From positions 222,959,741-223,023,740 of the forward strand of contig CM041465.1 in assembly GCA_023213395.1 (NCBI GenBank): 64,000 nucleotides of DNA, given 5' to 3'. Below are positions 1 through 13,947 of this stretch, piece by piece. Each line of letters begins with the position of its first letter. Within the stretch, counting starts at the first letter, position 1. Source of the stretch: Cycas panzhihuaensis (Eukaryota; Plantae; Cycadophyta). Under the pieces are notes generated by a model that was given only the letters and a program-made list of their open reading frames with translations, searched no databases and was not told the origin of the DNA. The translations under genes were made by a program, and so were the position numbers.

Positions 1-851
1 TGCTGATAATATGAGTAAACTTAGGCATAATCACCTTGGACACCTTAACTATAGGAGCATCACACTACTAAAGAGGTTAAAGATGGTAGAAGGATTACCA
101 TCAGTTTCCTACTTAGATGGTATTTGTGAAGGGTGTACATACAATAAACATCACTGTTATCCTTTTACTTGGGATAATACGTGGAAAGCCAAGGAAAGGC
201 TAGAGCTTGTACATTTAGATATAATAGGACCACTCCTAAATCCTTCGATATTAGGAGCTTGTTACACCCTTGTGTTTGTAAATGATTACACTATGAAGGC
301 CTGGGTATATTTTCTTAAGAACAAGTCAGATATGTTTGATCTCTTCCATGATTAGAAAGTGATAGTTGAAAATGAAAGTGATAATAAGATTAAGTCATTA
401 AGAAGTGATAATAGCAAGGAATATGATAATCATATGTTTAATCAATTTTGTCATGATCATGGTATAAAGTGGGAATTTTATGGTCCCATATACTCTACAA
501 CAGAATGGAGTTGTTGAAAGAAAGAACCGTATCATGATGGAAATGGTGAGGTATATGTTACACACTAAAAACCTACCACCAATGTTTTAGGTAGAAGTTG
601 TGGTGACTACTATGTATATTTTGAACTAAGTACCCACTCAAGTAGTTTGTAGCATGACCCCCAAAGAAAAATAAACTGGTTAGAAGCATATCATTAGCCA
701 TTTGAGAACTTTTAGGTGTATTGGATATGCATACATCCTAGATGATACTTGCAAGAAGTTGGATCAGAAGAGTCTAAAGTGTATATTCATGGGGTATTAT
801 GACTAGAATAAAGCTTATAGACTATAGGATCCATAGGGGAAGAAGATTATA
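1..851 (+). pseudogene. Ty1/copia element A, 5' part: GAG-pre-integrase and integrase core, degenerate
   Basis: ORF 11-355 reads HNHLGHLNY..CEGC..LELVHLDIIGP..VFVNDYTMKAWVYFLK, then stop-ridden QQNGVVERKNR and KAYRL*DP. Colinear with the minus-strand copy at 56560-57790. Confidence 0.95.
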
Positions 852-1052
852 GAACAGCACCAACATGACCCTGGGAGTTACAAAGGAAGGAGAATTTCTC
901 CTTTAGGTAACACTAGTACATTGTTTTTCTACTTAACATTCTTTTTTTGGTTTCATTCCTTTATTTCAATTTTTGTATTAGATTATTAGTCCAAGGGTAG
1001 ATAACACCATTGGATGGCTACCTTTTTCTCCCTTCCACCTCTCTTTCCTTGA

Positions 1053-1434
1053 TAGATAACATTGCTGGGTAGTTACCCAAGTAGTTAGGTAGAGAACCTG
1101 CCCCAAGGATCTTTAAAAATCACAAGGATCTATCATTTTGGCTAAGCGAATTGTGGTTTTTTTGCCCTTTATGTGAAGGACTGGAGATAACACTCCTGCA
1201 CCAAGCCCTAGACAGAACCTAGCTATGGAAGCATACCTTTACCTTCAGGTATATATGAGGACCCCTTTTAGGTCCCAAATCCCTTCATAATATAGGAAAA
1301 TTATTGGCCACAAAAGTCTCGTAGTGCAACAGTTAACGATTAGCAACATGAAGCTATCTACCTTGAACTTCTATATCAAAAGTTTATTGGCAAGCCTATA
1401 AGACCAAGTACAACTTCTCTAGTGGTTAGTAGAA
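1053..1434 (+). promoter_or_regulatory. Conserved non-coding 5' leader module, putative structured RNA (Gypsy copy)
   Basis: About 11 colinear blocks shared with 32027-32417: tagataac, ccaagg-tct, ttttggctaagc, tgtgaag, gacagaacc, gaggacccc, ataggaa, gtagtgca, catgaagcta, tttattg, agtagaa. ATG at 1456. Function is inferred. Confidence 0.75.
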
Positions 1435-2042
1435 CATCTTTTATCATTTTATACCATGCTTTACCTGCTTCATTTCCTAATTAAGATCGCAAACCACCTC
1501 ATATAAAAAAAAAACAAAAAAAGACACCAATTTCTACTTACTAGCCAAATTCAAAACTTGTCAGCATAGTTAGACTCACGAAAACAAGAAAAGAAAAGAA
1601 GAAGGGAAAAAAAAAAAAACCTCCACTTAGTCACTCTTCACCGTGCAAGTTCATAGATGAAAATTGCCCTTATTACTCATATACCTCATTTCAATCAATA
1701 CATCATGTTGGTCAATTTACACTAGTTTAGTTTGTGTAAGCAGTTTTTATATTTTTTAGTACCTATATCACTGGTGGGCCTCACCAACCTAAATTCACCT
1801 TAAATTTCGTATACCCTATTTGGATGAGATTTTTGCACTCTTTTTAGTGGGCCAAATATCTTGTTTATGTAATTTTTAGGGTCAACAGGCTATAGACACC
1901 CACACCTCCCCCTATTTACCCCTTCTCTCCCCTGTAAGAACTCCGTTATCCTTATATCCCATTCTTTCTTAATCTATCCCACTTCATTCATTCCCCTTAT
2001 TTCTACTATTTCCCACTTCTATATGCTCCTTCTATAGCTCTA

Positions 2043-5000
2043 ATGGAAAAAACACAAGGATAAAGAATTACTGAGTTAACCACTAACTTCTCCAACTTCA
2101 AGTAAGATATCATCAGTAGGTTCGAGGGAATACCTACTAAATTAGATCTTGAGGGTATAAAAAAAATCGTGGCACAAATACATTAACTATTACAATCCCA
2201 ACTCCACAACATAGGTACTTCTTAAACAATAGGCAACCGGCTTCCCCCTTTTCAAGGAAGCAATGAAACTACAAGAGGTTCTCCACCAAGGCAGCCTTTC
2301 TTTTATAAAATCAATATACCTACCTTCGATCCAGATATAATTAGGGAATATACTCGAAGCTAGATTAACAAGTTAGAATCTTATTTCACACTCCACTCAA
2401 TGTCTGAGGAGGATCAACTCTTATATGCTTCCATCCACCTAGATGGATGAGCCCACCATTGCTTCAATTAGTGGAAACAAGAATATCTCCTCCACTTAAC
2501 ATGGTCCCACTTCACTAGCTATTTCTTTAAACAATATAAGGATACATAGAGTTAATCTTTCTTCATGTAACTCACTCAACTTAAATAGACTACAACAGTA
2601 GAGGCTTATACTGATGAATTTTAAGCTTTATACAATCGCTTACCACAAAGCTAAAACTTGGATAAATAAATAGTAATTGACATATATATGGCTAGACTCC
2701 AAGATTATATTTAGATTAGACTAAGGACAATAATAATCTACTCCCTCAATGGTACATTTAAGTGGGCTCAAGTAGTAGAGGCCGAATTTATGGAAAATAG
2801 ACCCTTAACTACTCGTTAGGATAACACTTGGTTCTTATGCACTTGACAGTCAAACTTCCAGCAACTACGACCCTAATTTGATGATGGTGCATATCCTCAA
2901 GACGACTTCGGATATCCTCGGTCGCGACAGGATGATATCAACTGCCCAACTATTGATTGGTAAAATGATGACTTATCTATCAAAAGAGTATAAATTTCCC
3001 AAGTTGAAGTATAATGCTGACTAGAGGCTGTCCTCTGTATGCAATGTGTAGAAAAGTGAATTTTCGGGCATGGTTATATCTACAAGTTGCAACACATGGT
3101 TTTTTCCATTGACCCAACCCTATCCCCCGATTAATCCTTTAACTTTGACTATAAACATGAGGTTGAAGATGACACCCATGATGACTCTACCCCATATCCT
3201 CACCCTGAGGTATCCCTATCTACTATCACTACCTCCTCTTATCCTAAATCCCTATGAGTCTGAGGCATTCTTTGTAAGACTCTAATGTCTATCTTGATTA
3301 TAGTGGTGTGTCATTCAATTTTATTGATATCTTTATAACCTGATAACTTAACCTATATATAGTACCAAAAACGAGCTTTAGTTATTCTCTACCAAGGTAC
3401 CAGTAGCTCCACAGTGCTAATGTTATTAACAACTTATATAAGTCTAAATTAGCTCTTATTTGTTGCCATCAAATTTCTATGCCTTATCACTAGGAGGATC
3501 TGATGTTATCCGAGGGATTCAGTGGTTACAAACCCTAAGGACTTACAGTATACATAACTCACCTACCAACCCATTCATCACCTTCAAAGACTAAATGGAT
3601 CAAATTACAAAAAATTTAGGATGCAATCCTTCCTAACCAAGTGGTCTCTCCCAAATATATGAAATGCCATTTTCAATCTCACCTATGATACATAGTCTAC
3701 CTTAATAATATTCAAATCAAACTATAAATTCACCCATGTATCTAGGACATTATTACCCAATATGAGTAGGTATTTACTCTTCTACCTACCACTACCCTAC
3801 CTAATCATGGCATGTATCATACAATTGACCTCCAATCGAAGCACGACCTTATCAACCTAAGACCTTACCGCAACTCATGCTTTCAAAAGAATGAAATCAA
3901 GAAACTCATAACTAAGCTCCTTGATATGGGTATATCTAACCAAGCAAAAGCCCTTATATAGCTCCAAACATCTTAGTTAAGAAGAAAGATGGTTCCTTCT
4001 GTCTCTATGTCAATTATTGAGAGCTAAATAAAATTACTATAAAAAATAAGTTCCCCAACCCTCACATAAATGACATGTTGAATGAAATCTATGGTACGAC
4101 TATTTTTTCTAAGCTAGACCTTTGGTCTAGTTATTACCAAATCCTAATTACCCTAGAAAACTGTCATAAGATAACATTTCGAATACATCATGGCCCATTT
4201 GAGTTTTGTGTAATACCCTCAGCCTTTGTAATGCCCCAACAATCTTTCAAACCCTTATGAACAAAATTTTTGGCCTCTATCTTTGAAAATTTGTTATAGT
4301 CTTCTTTGATAATATTCTTATTTATAGTATTTGCTTAGACCACCACATCTGATACCTAGAAATTGTCCTTCAAATACTACAAAACTACTAACTCTATACA
4401 AAATTATCTAAATGTAAGTTTAAGTAATCTAAACTCAAATACTTAGGGTATATCATCTTATTGGAAGGGCTACACATAGATCCTAATAAAATATCTATCA
4501 TCACAATTTGGTTAACACCCACCACCCTTACCTAACTATGAGCATTTCTTGAGCTTACAAGATTCTACCAATGGTTTATGCATAACTATGTCACCCTTAT
4601 TTCCCCCTTAACTAATCTCCTTTGTAAAGATGCTTTTTAATGGTCTCCAAAAGCTAATGTTACTTTTTCTCACCTTAACATCACAATGACCTCTACCCCA
4701 ATCCTCATCACTCTTGACTTCAACTAGCCTTTCCAACTTGAATGTGATGCTTTGAGATTTAGACTGGGTGCAGTCATAATGCAATACTCTCATCCCATTG
4801 CATTTAAGAGCCAAAAATTAAAAGAGCATGAGCTCTATCTTTCTACATACCAGAAGGAGATGAAAGCTACTCTTTACGTTATTGATAAGTGATGACAATA
4901 CCTCTTAGACTCTAAATTCACTATTCCCATAGATCATCGTAGCCTTCATAATTTGTTAGATTAGTCAGTCCTATCAGAAGAACAAGTTAAGTGGGTTCAC

Positions 5001-6540
5001 TGTCTATAAGTCTTTAACTTCACAATATCATATAAAAAAGGCAAAGACAATACAATTATAGACAACCTTTTACGTCTCCACCCTAACGATAGTACTCCCA
5101 ACCTGAGCCTCTATGCCATAAGTAGACCCCAACCTCCTCATCTTGATGAATTATAGGTTGAAAACCAAACCAAACCTGACTACCCTAACTGGAGTAAAAT
5201 ATTTTCTCTCGTAAAGGTTGGTCAACCTTTAATAATCATCTACTCTATCAAAATCGCATCTTTGTCCTCCCATCCTCCTCATTCATACCTAGAATCCTAA
5301 TAGAATACCACTCTTCTCCTCTCAACAGCCACTCAGGGTTTTATAAAACTTATCGTTGAATCCGCATGGATTTCTTTTGGCCCCATATGAAGACTATAAT
5401 ATTCGCCTTTATATTAGAATGTGACACATGTTAGCGAAATAAAGTTGATACCAAATTCCTTTCTGGACTTCTCCAACCATTAAACATTTCTCAAGGCAAG
5501 TGGTAGGATATTGCCATGGAATTTATCATATGTTTACCTTCATTTACTGGGTTTGTCTCTATTTAGGTAATCATTGACCGATTGACTAAGTACCCACACT
5601 TTCTCCCTATTCACACCTCATATACATCCTCTCATCTTGCTAACCTAAATGTCCAATTCATATTTCACCTTCATGGCTTTCCTTCATCCATCATTTGTGA
5701 TTAAGACCCCAAGTTTATAAGCTATTTTTGGCAAGAACTCTTTAAGGCTGTCAAAACCTTATTTAACATGAGTATTACCTACCACCCATAAATAGATGGC
5801 CAATCTAAGGTCCTGAACAAAACTCTAGAAACCTATCCACATTGCTTTGTCTCTAAACACTAAGCTAAGTGGACCTCTTGGCTTTCCATGGCAGAGTACT
5901 GGTACAACTCCTCTTACTATTCTTCCATCTGTATGTCCCCCTTTTAGCTCTTTATGGTTATCACCCCCCTTCCTACCATGCCCTATCCACAAACTTTCAA
6001 ATAGCCTCTATACAATAAAAGATTTAAGAGATGGACCTAATCCTCTATACCCTTTAATAAAATCTAATTGTTGCTCGAAATTGAATGAAGTAACTTCCTG
6101 CACACCACCAATCCAATTGATCCTTTAACATTGAAGATCTAGTATTTCTCTGCCTCCAACCCTACAAGTAATAATCTCTTAAGTCATATAAAGGGTATAA
6201 AATAAGCCCATGTTACTATGGCCCTTATAAAGTCCTTAACAAAATCAGTGAAGTTGCCTATGCCTTTAAACTCCCCCGAAACACCAATATCCATAACATT
6301 TTCCATGTTTCTTATCTAAAAAAATACCTTGGAACTAAAGTTACATCCCACACCACCTTACTCATTCTCTCTGAGGAGCAAACTCTTATAATTCCACATG
6401 ATAAAATCCTTACCAGCCACTAGCACTTCCTCTAAAATTGTATTATTTCTGAGCACTTGGTATAGTAGGTTGGTTATGATAAAGATAAAGTAACTTAGGA
6501 ATTTGATGAGTTCATCCAATAATATCCTCATCTCTAACAC
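2043..6540 (+). pseudogene. Gypsy gag-pol, degenerate
   Basis: Gag KINIPTFD ~2310. RT NKITIKNKFP..FSKLDLWSSYYQI..VFFDNILIYS ~4025-4330. RH FQLECDA ~4730. INT YHP*IDGQSKVLN ~5780. Chromodomain relic SEHLV**VGYD..VT*E ~6450-6500. Many stops and frameshifts. Confidence 0.93.
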
Positions 6541-6572
6541 TGTGAGGACATAGTCTTTTAGAGGGGGGGACT

Positions 6573-6924
6573 TATAACATAAGTCCACCTTTCCTAAGCA
6601 CTAGTAAGTGGGAGCCACCAAAGGGTTAAGAATTGATTTTAGCTATTAAGATTTATACATGTATCGCTAAGTTGTCTAATAAGATGTAAGGTCGATAGGA
6701 CCACCAATAATATCATAAGAAAGAATACCCCATCATGCCTATTTAAAGGGTCAAACTCTATTTGTAATGATTATTGAGTATTTTTATCTTTGAAGAGAAA
6801 GTACTTTGATACTCCCTCTTGTGATCAATTTATTTGTGTTTTGTTTACAAACTTGTGTTATTTTGGCCTTTACTTATGTTGGACTACATCTATAAGGTCA
6901 ATTTCTATGAGGAAACACTTCACA
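6573..6924 (+). repeat. Gypsy 3' LTR
   Basis: Follows the PPT, starts tataac (mutated tgtaac) and ends cttcaca exactly where the copia sequence resumes. Confidence 0.8.
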
Positions 6925-8975
6925 ATACATTCCCTTGTTGATGATATAAGAATAAGAAATCAGTATGCAAGTTAAACTCTACTAGTAGATACCAATAACT
7001 CCAGTGATCTTGGTTCATTTGAAGAGGTGAAAGGTGATCCATGATGGAGAGCTATGATAACAAAAGAGTATGGTTTGTTGTTGAAGAATGATACATAGGA
7101 TTTGGTTTTGCTACCTTAGCAAAGAACCTTATTGGATGCAAGTGGGTCTATAAGACGAAGTTTTGCTCTGATGGAGAGGTGGAGGCTAGACTTGTCACTC
7201 AAGGATTCAAATAAAAAGAAGGAATTGATTATGAGGAGATGTTTGCACCAATCTCCAGAATGATAATGGTCCATTTAATCATTTCCTTAGTAATTACTTA
7301 TGATTGGGAGTTATACCAAATGGACGTTAAGTCTCACATTTCTTAATAGAGATCTAAAGAAAGAGATATATATGTCATAGCCTCTAGGATTCATTAAGGA
7401 AGGATAAGAGCATCTTGTATTTCGATTAAAGAAATTAATCTATGGCCTGAACAAGCACCCGTGTATGGTATGAGAAGATAGATGCTAAGTTAAAGCTGAA
7501 GGTTTTGAAATTTTTGAATTCAACCCGAATTTATATATGAAAAGGAGAGGGACTTCAATAGTTGTTTGTGTGGTGTATATGGATGATAACTATGGCAAGA
7601 CTATTGTAGAAATCAAGTCCAATTTAGAAGCTTCTTTTGACATGACATACCTCAAGAGACTTCATTATTTCTTGGGCATTTAGATCAAGTAGATGGATGA
7701 TCGAATCATGTTATTGTAGTTGTAATATGTGAAGAACCTATTGGAGAAGTTTGAGATGTAGGATTATAAACTTATTGTAACACCATGTATTAAGGGCATA
7801 AGATTATAGAAAGATATAGCTAAACTGTCTATAAATGGAATGAACTATTTCTAGTTGGTAGGGAGTCTGATTTACTTGACTCATATTAGACTAGATATCA
7901 CCTATTCTATTGGATTAATATCTCAATATATGCAGAATCCTCAGGAGCCTCATTGGGTTGCAACAAAGTGAATTTTGAAGTACCTTAAGGGGATAATCAG
8001 TCTTGGTCTTGAATACTATCAAGGTGAAGAGCTAAGGTTGCATGGCTACACATATGTTGATTAGGAAGGAGACTCTAAGGATCGAAAGTCTACTGTTGGA
8101 TACATATTTGGTGTTAGTAATGGATTTATTTCATGGTAGTTGAAGAAGTAACAAACAATGGCACTATCTTCTACAGAGGCAAAATATCAAGGACTTAGTA
8201 CTAGTACAAAGGAAGTTGTATGGTTGTAAAATCTCTTAGAGTTTCTTGGAGTTTCTAATAGACATCTTATTATCTTTGTTGATAATCAGAGTAGCATTTA
8301 TCTATTGAAGAATCTAGAGTTTCATGCATGTACGAAGCATATCAAAATTTAGAACCATTACATCTGTGAACATATCAAGTTAGGGAAATTGCAAGTTGAT
8401 TATTGTCTGAATAAATTTTAGCTTGCAGATATGCTAGCCAAGCCACTCACTCAGGATCAATTCACAAAGATGTATACTAGATTGGGACTCACTGGTGTTA
8501 TCCTTGAGGGGGGATATATTGACAAGGATAAAGAAGTTGCAGGATAGTCCCAACCTTCATGATAACACAACTATTACAGGTTATAGGCTCCCCACATTCA
8601 CATTAAAAGGGAATATTAATGTGACAATTGCTTGTTAAGCCACTAAGTTAATGTTAATATGATTTAACTTATGGTGATTAGCAAATAGGTGCGAGATATT
8701 CATAGGGTTACAACCCTAATTGGGTGACACCTCTTAAAAGAATATAAAAGCCTTAGGCCCTTATGTATTCAATATATCAAGTATCAAATCAATTATGAAA
8801 TAATCAATGTGATCCAAAACGGATCTTTTATGGTGGGTTTTTTCCCAAAAGGGTTTTCCCATATAAATCATGTGTACTGTGCATCTATATTTTGAGTATC
8901 TTATGTTTACTTATTATGTATAGTTAAAGATTCTGTGGATAAAAACATACATGTATGATTTCATATTTTCGAACA
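6925..8975 (+). mobile_element. Ty1/copia element A, 3' part (RT, RNase H, PPT, 3' LTR)
   Basis: [50 protein letters not shown]. Homologous throughout to the reverse complement of 54608-56680. Confidence 0.95.
8614..8975 (+). repeat. 3' LTR of copia A
   Basis: After PPT attaaaagggaa; ends gaaca; aligns with the reverse complement of 54608-54952. Confidence 0.88.
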
Positions 8976-9619
8976 AGTTTTATAAGCAAGTGAATGTATT
9001 ACAAAGATGAATCCTATTTAGTTGTTATCTCATTTTTGTCCTCATCTATTAAACATCTTGTAGACTAGGTCATGTTGTAAACATTCCTTAGGGGAGGGAA
9101 GGAGGTACAAAAAACTTTGGTCAATTCCTCCCAATTTTATTAGTCTAAGGAGGTTGGAAGACATAACTTATATGGCTTAGCCAATGGCAACATGCTCATG
9201 TTTATCCCATCCCTCTTAGCCTAATGCTTCTAAAGGGGGCACCTATATATGGAGGTGCCACATACCCCCTATAAGTTTCCCAAGATCCATGAACAAGTAC
9301 TAGCCCTTTTCAATCCTCGAAAGGCCCTCTTAGCCAGGTGTGCTTACAGGCCATGCTTACTTATAGGATACCTCCATCCCACTTGTTAGGTCCTAACCTA
9401 GTTGGGAGTATTACACAACTAACCCAATTCATTCATACGTCATCTTGCCTCTAACATCCTTAAGGGCCACCCACTTATAGGGGCATTTAATCCTTAGATC
9501 CATTCATACTATAGGTAAGGGCCATTGATCTGCTAGCCTAACCTAATGCTTTGTGATTAGGCACATAGGATGAACCTTCTCCCATATCCTCTTAAGGGTC
9601 CCAAGCTTGAAGCGACCAT

Positions 9620-10060
9620 CAACTAGGATCTACAGGAGCATGCCAAGGATTTCACCTTAGCCTACAACAACTTCTAATCCTATGACCATATCATGATGAG
9701 GATGTTCTTAACATCACTTCAAAAGGACACTTTTAAATGATTCCTTAGGCTACCCTCTCACTCAATTCATATATTCTTGTAATTAGTTTACACCTGTCAA
9801 CTATTTTGATGTGTCCCATCTATTTGAAAGTAGACCCAAGGCTTTACTCATATTTAAATAGGGCCTTAATGAGACCAAGACTTTAAATAATAATTTCATG
9901 ACATGCTCCACTCCTCTAGGCCTATATTGATTGATAAGTTAAAGAGGGATATATTTATTAATGCCCTTTGTTCCTAGGTATATATAAAAGTGCCTAAAAT
10001 AGGTGTCACTACTTGTGACACCATTGTGTCTAAATGCCTAACTCTTATATCTATGAAGAT
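9620..10060 (+). pseudogene. Highly decayed gypsy-type Retrotrans_gag remnant
   Basis: Translation HAKDFTLAYNNF*SYDHIMMRMFLTSLQKDTFK*FLRLPSHSIH resembles the gag core pattern (RxFPxSLxxxAxxWFxxLPxxSI). Element ends not resolved. Confidence 0.6.
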
Positions 10061-10511
10061 CTAAGTTGGTATCAAGAAGGTATTTAAAGTAAGACTAAGG
10101 CATTATTGACAAGACCCCCCTAGGGAGCCTAAATCCGTGTAGGTAGGTCAAGATTTGACTCTTGATCCTCTAACCTTAACCATTCACTCATTTAAGCAAT
10201 TGATCAAGACCTTAAACCATATCTTAGATTCCCTAAAAGGACAAACTTAGTGAGCCAAGGTATTAGAAACCTTAAGTAGGTTCACCAAGCTTATTATTAC
10301 ATAATCCTACCCCCTCCCTTCTTCTCTTAAAGGGAGGACAAAGGAAGGATTGTACCTACATCAAAATGATGGTATTTGATCCATCAAAATAAGTTCTATG
10401 ATAATGACCATTATTAGACCGCTAATCCAAGCTTGCTATGTAATAAAAGACTAAAAGTCAACTAACCTTAAAGCTTAAACTTAAGCATTATATTCATAAA
10501 CACCCCTTCCA

Positions 10512-13500
10512 TGTATTGGAGTAAGGTAGGCAATGAGGACAATAATCGATAAGATTAACTATCAAAACATTAGAAATTAATTCTAAAAAAATTGATGAAA
10601 TCTCAATTTAATAAATGGTATACATTATAAGGTAATGCAATAATCATTACTTCTCATTAACTAATTTTCATGAATCACCTATATGTATTATATACAATAA
10701 TGAACATAATAATAATCCTCACTAATGTGACCTATGTGAGATGAGATTTATGACCCTCATTGGCTCATCACTTACAAAATATAAAATAATCTTAAACTAA
10801 TATAATATAAAAATTAAAAGATGATGAGAGGGGGTTTATAACCTAAGGTTATGAGCCTACACAATAAACATTAAAGTTTAACACTCTTCTTTAATATTTA
10901 TTTCATTTTTCATGACATCTAAACCATCCCTAAGAGTTTAGAGTTTGTAACATACTAAAGGCTTGGTGAAGATGTTAGCCAACTATTCTTCCATAGGCTT
11001 GTATACCATCTCTATCACACCTTTTTAACTCAACTCCCAAATGAAATGATGGTACACCTTGATATGTTTAGTATGAGAATGCAATATAGGATTTTTAGTA
11101 ATCTTTAAAGTGCTCTAATTATCACAATATAAGATGGTTGGTTCTTATTGTTGTAGTCCCATGTTCTGAAGAATTTGACATAACCAAATGGCTTCTATAG
11201 CTACTATGATTATAATATAGTATTATGTTTTAGTAGAGTATAAAGTAATATTTGATTATTTTTTATTGTTCCATATGACTGTAATTGAAACCTTATTAAA
11301 ATAATACCCAAAATTTGACCTCTTACTATATGCATATCTAATTCGATTATAATATGTAAATCTTGTCAACTTAAAATTATTATTATGTTAGAATCTTAAT
11401 CCATAGTAAACTCTATTTTGGTGCCACCATAAACTTAGACATTATTTTAATTACATAAGATATATCAGGTTTGATAGTGATCAAATATATTAGACTTCCC
11501 ACTATTTACCTATATAATGTAGCATCGAAATCTACTCCATCATCTTTCACTATTAATTTAGAACTTGTCTCCATTGGGGTAGTCACAAGTTTATAATCTT
11601 ATATTTTAAATTTCTTCAAGATTTTCTAAGTATACTTAACCTATAAGATAAAGACATGTTTAGGCATGTACCATACTTTCACTCTAAGAAAGTAGTGCAA
11701 AATTCCTAGATTAGTCATTTCAAAGTAATGATTAAGATACACCTTTAAGCATAATATCATATCGACATCATTATCTATGATCAATAGGTCATCAATATAC
11801 AACACTACAAATATGATTTTACTATTTTTTGCTTTGATGTATAAGTTTAAATAAGTTGGATATATCTCAAACCTATTCTTTTAAAAGTACTAATCAATTT
11901 TCTTATACCAGGCTCTAGGAGCTAATTTTAGGCCATACAAGGCCTTCCTAAGTTAACATACTAAGTGGTTATGGCCTTTTTCAACAAAGCTAAGTGGCTG
12001 CTCAATGTAGACTTCTTTATTTAACTCCTTATTAAAAAATGCACTATTCACATCTATTTGGTATAGTTGCTAATTAAATTGTGCAACTATTGCCATAATG
12101 AGTTGAATGGTATTCATCTTTATAATATAAGTGAATGTCTCTTGGTAGTTAATCCCTTTTTGTTGCTTAAAGCCTTTAGCAACAAGTCATATTTTATACT
12201 TGTTTATAGATCCATATAATTTGAACTTAATCTTATAGATCCATTTGCATCCAATTTTTTGCTTATCTGTAGGCAATTCTATTAGATCCCATTTATGGTT
12301 TTTCTTGACTGATTAAATTTTATTTTTATAGCATCATACCACTTCTTTTCTTCCAGTGCTTCTTTGATTGTATATGGTTCTTCTCCATTTAGTATAAATG
12401 TTATAAGTGCCATATTTACATGTTTAAAGGGTTGTATTTTTTATTTTCACTTTCCCTTAGATTCTGATAACATTTGCTTAACATCCTTTATGGTTTTCAA
12501 ATACAATTTTGCAAGTTTTTTCTTCAATGATAAAGGTGAATGTTTTATATCTAACTGCTTCTTCTTTATATCTAATAACTTCTTTGGCTGGAGGCTTTAC
12601 ATTCAACTCTAGATTTTGCTCGAAATCTACTTCTAGAAATTAGGATGATTTTAATTTTATTGCCTTACCAATGTTGAAAGGCTTAAATTCTAGTTGGATA
12701 ATGTAATGTAAAGAACTGCATTCATCATTGGTAAGGCAACAAAATTAATACCTCGCTTCACCTAATGAGATAATAGCCATTGGTCTATAAATGTCGGAGT
12801 GAACCATTCTTAACTTTTCTTTGGATCTCCATGCCTTTTTCTTAAAAAAAGGTTACTTATATTATTTTCTAAAAATATAAGGTTCACATAAGCGACCTTT
12901 ACTATCTATCATGGAAGACCATGCATAATTTTTAGCTTTTATATCAATTGGAGACTAGTTAGTTTAAATGACCCATGCATTTATGCTAGAACTTCTATTT
13001 TAGGATATTAATAAGAACACTCTCTATATATAAGAGTGTCCTTATAGTTTATACAAGTGTTTTTCCTTGAAACCCTTAATTATTATAAGATTATTTTATT
13101 TATCTTAGACTATGCACTATCCTCTAACAAATGTTATAATCATATCTTGTTGTTTAATCCCCCTAACAAAAATATGGTTCACCTTTAGATTTAGTATATA
13201 TAAAACATTTTATAAGTATTATAATTCTCTATTCAACATTATTATTGGTACTTTCCTATTCTTGTAACCTCCAAATCTATGTCATCGCCAATGGCTAATT
13301 TGCTTCCCATATCTAAAAGAACCATTATATCCTTTCAGCCATATGTTGTGATGTGCTAGAGTCAATGAACTAGATATCTTGTGCATCTAAGCTTATTTTA
13401 TATGTTACACCAAGCAATTATTTTGATATCTTAACAAGTGACATCTATTTTATATTTGAAGCTTGAACACACTGCTCAAGTGGTCATTGTTGTTAAAATA

Positions 13501-13583
13501 ACTAACAACACCTCTTTGTAATACATTCCTAATGTATATTATTACATTATATAACATTGTAACATCATTATATACCTTTGTAT
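10512..13583 (-). mobile_element. Old Ty1/copia element D, minus strand, integrase core deleted
   Basis: 3' LTR to 10883 next to PPT (plus-strand ctcttctttaat). RH ANIFTKPL ~10960-10980. RT VLYIDDL ~11790 and GCKWIYKIKF ~12220-12250. AWRSKEKL ~12810-12835. Protease FIDSSTSQHM ~13345-13370. Left LTR boundary approximate. Confidence 0.85.
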
Positions 13584-13947
13584 CATTGGATGTAAACCCT
13601 AATTGTAATTGCAATATAATTTATATTATTGGCATGTCTACTTAATTGCTAAATAACAATCCAATAATATTGACATGTTATATTGGCCATTCAAAATAGA
13701 GTATTTAGGTTTCATATGCTTATAAATTAAGCATGATCCCCCTCATTTATATAATGTATTTTGGTGTATATGAAAGCTCTACTAAAATTTATATGCACAG
13801 TGTAATCAATTTACCTATCACACTTATTTGCAAAATATTTGCATATATTTGTAATGTGTTTTCATATTTCTTGCTTTCTATTTGATATATATTTGAATGC
13901 ACATTTATTATATGATCTTGTTAATCAAATTGGCGTGGTATCAAAGC
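13584..13947 (+). repeat. Orphan copia 5' LTR with tRNA-iMet PBS (13936-13947)
   Basis: tggtatcaaagc, one mismatch to TGGTATCAGAGC, follows an AT-rich LTR-like tract that interrupts the gag of element D. No partner LTR found. Confidence 0.65.

Larger units (their letters stand above)
852..6924 (+). mobile_element. Ty3/gypsy chromovirus inserted in copia A; 5' LTR and PBS lost
   Basis: Domain order gag-PR-RT-RH-INT-chromodomain, PPT gagggggggac at 6561-6571, then the 3' LTR. Copia A resumes at 6925 (atacattccctt, matching atgcataccctt in copy B). Confidence 0.93.
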
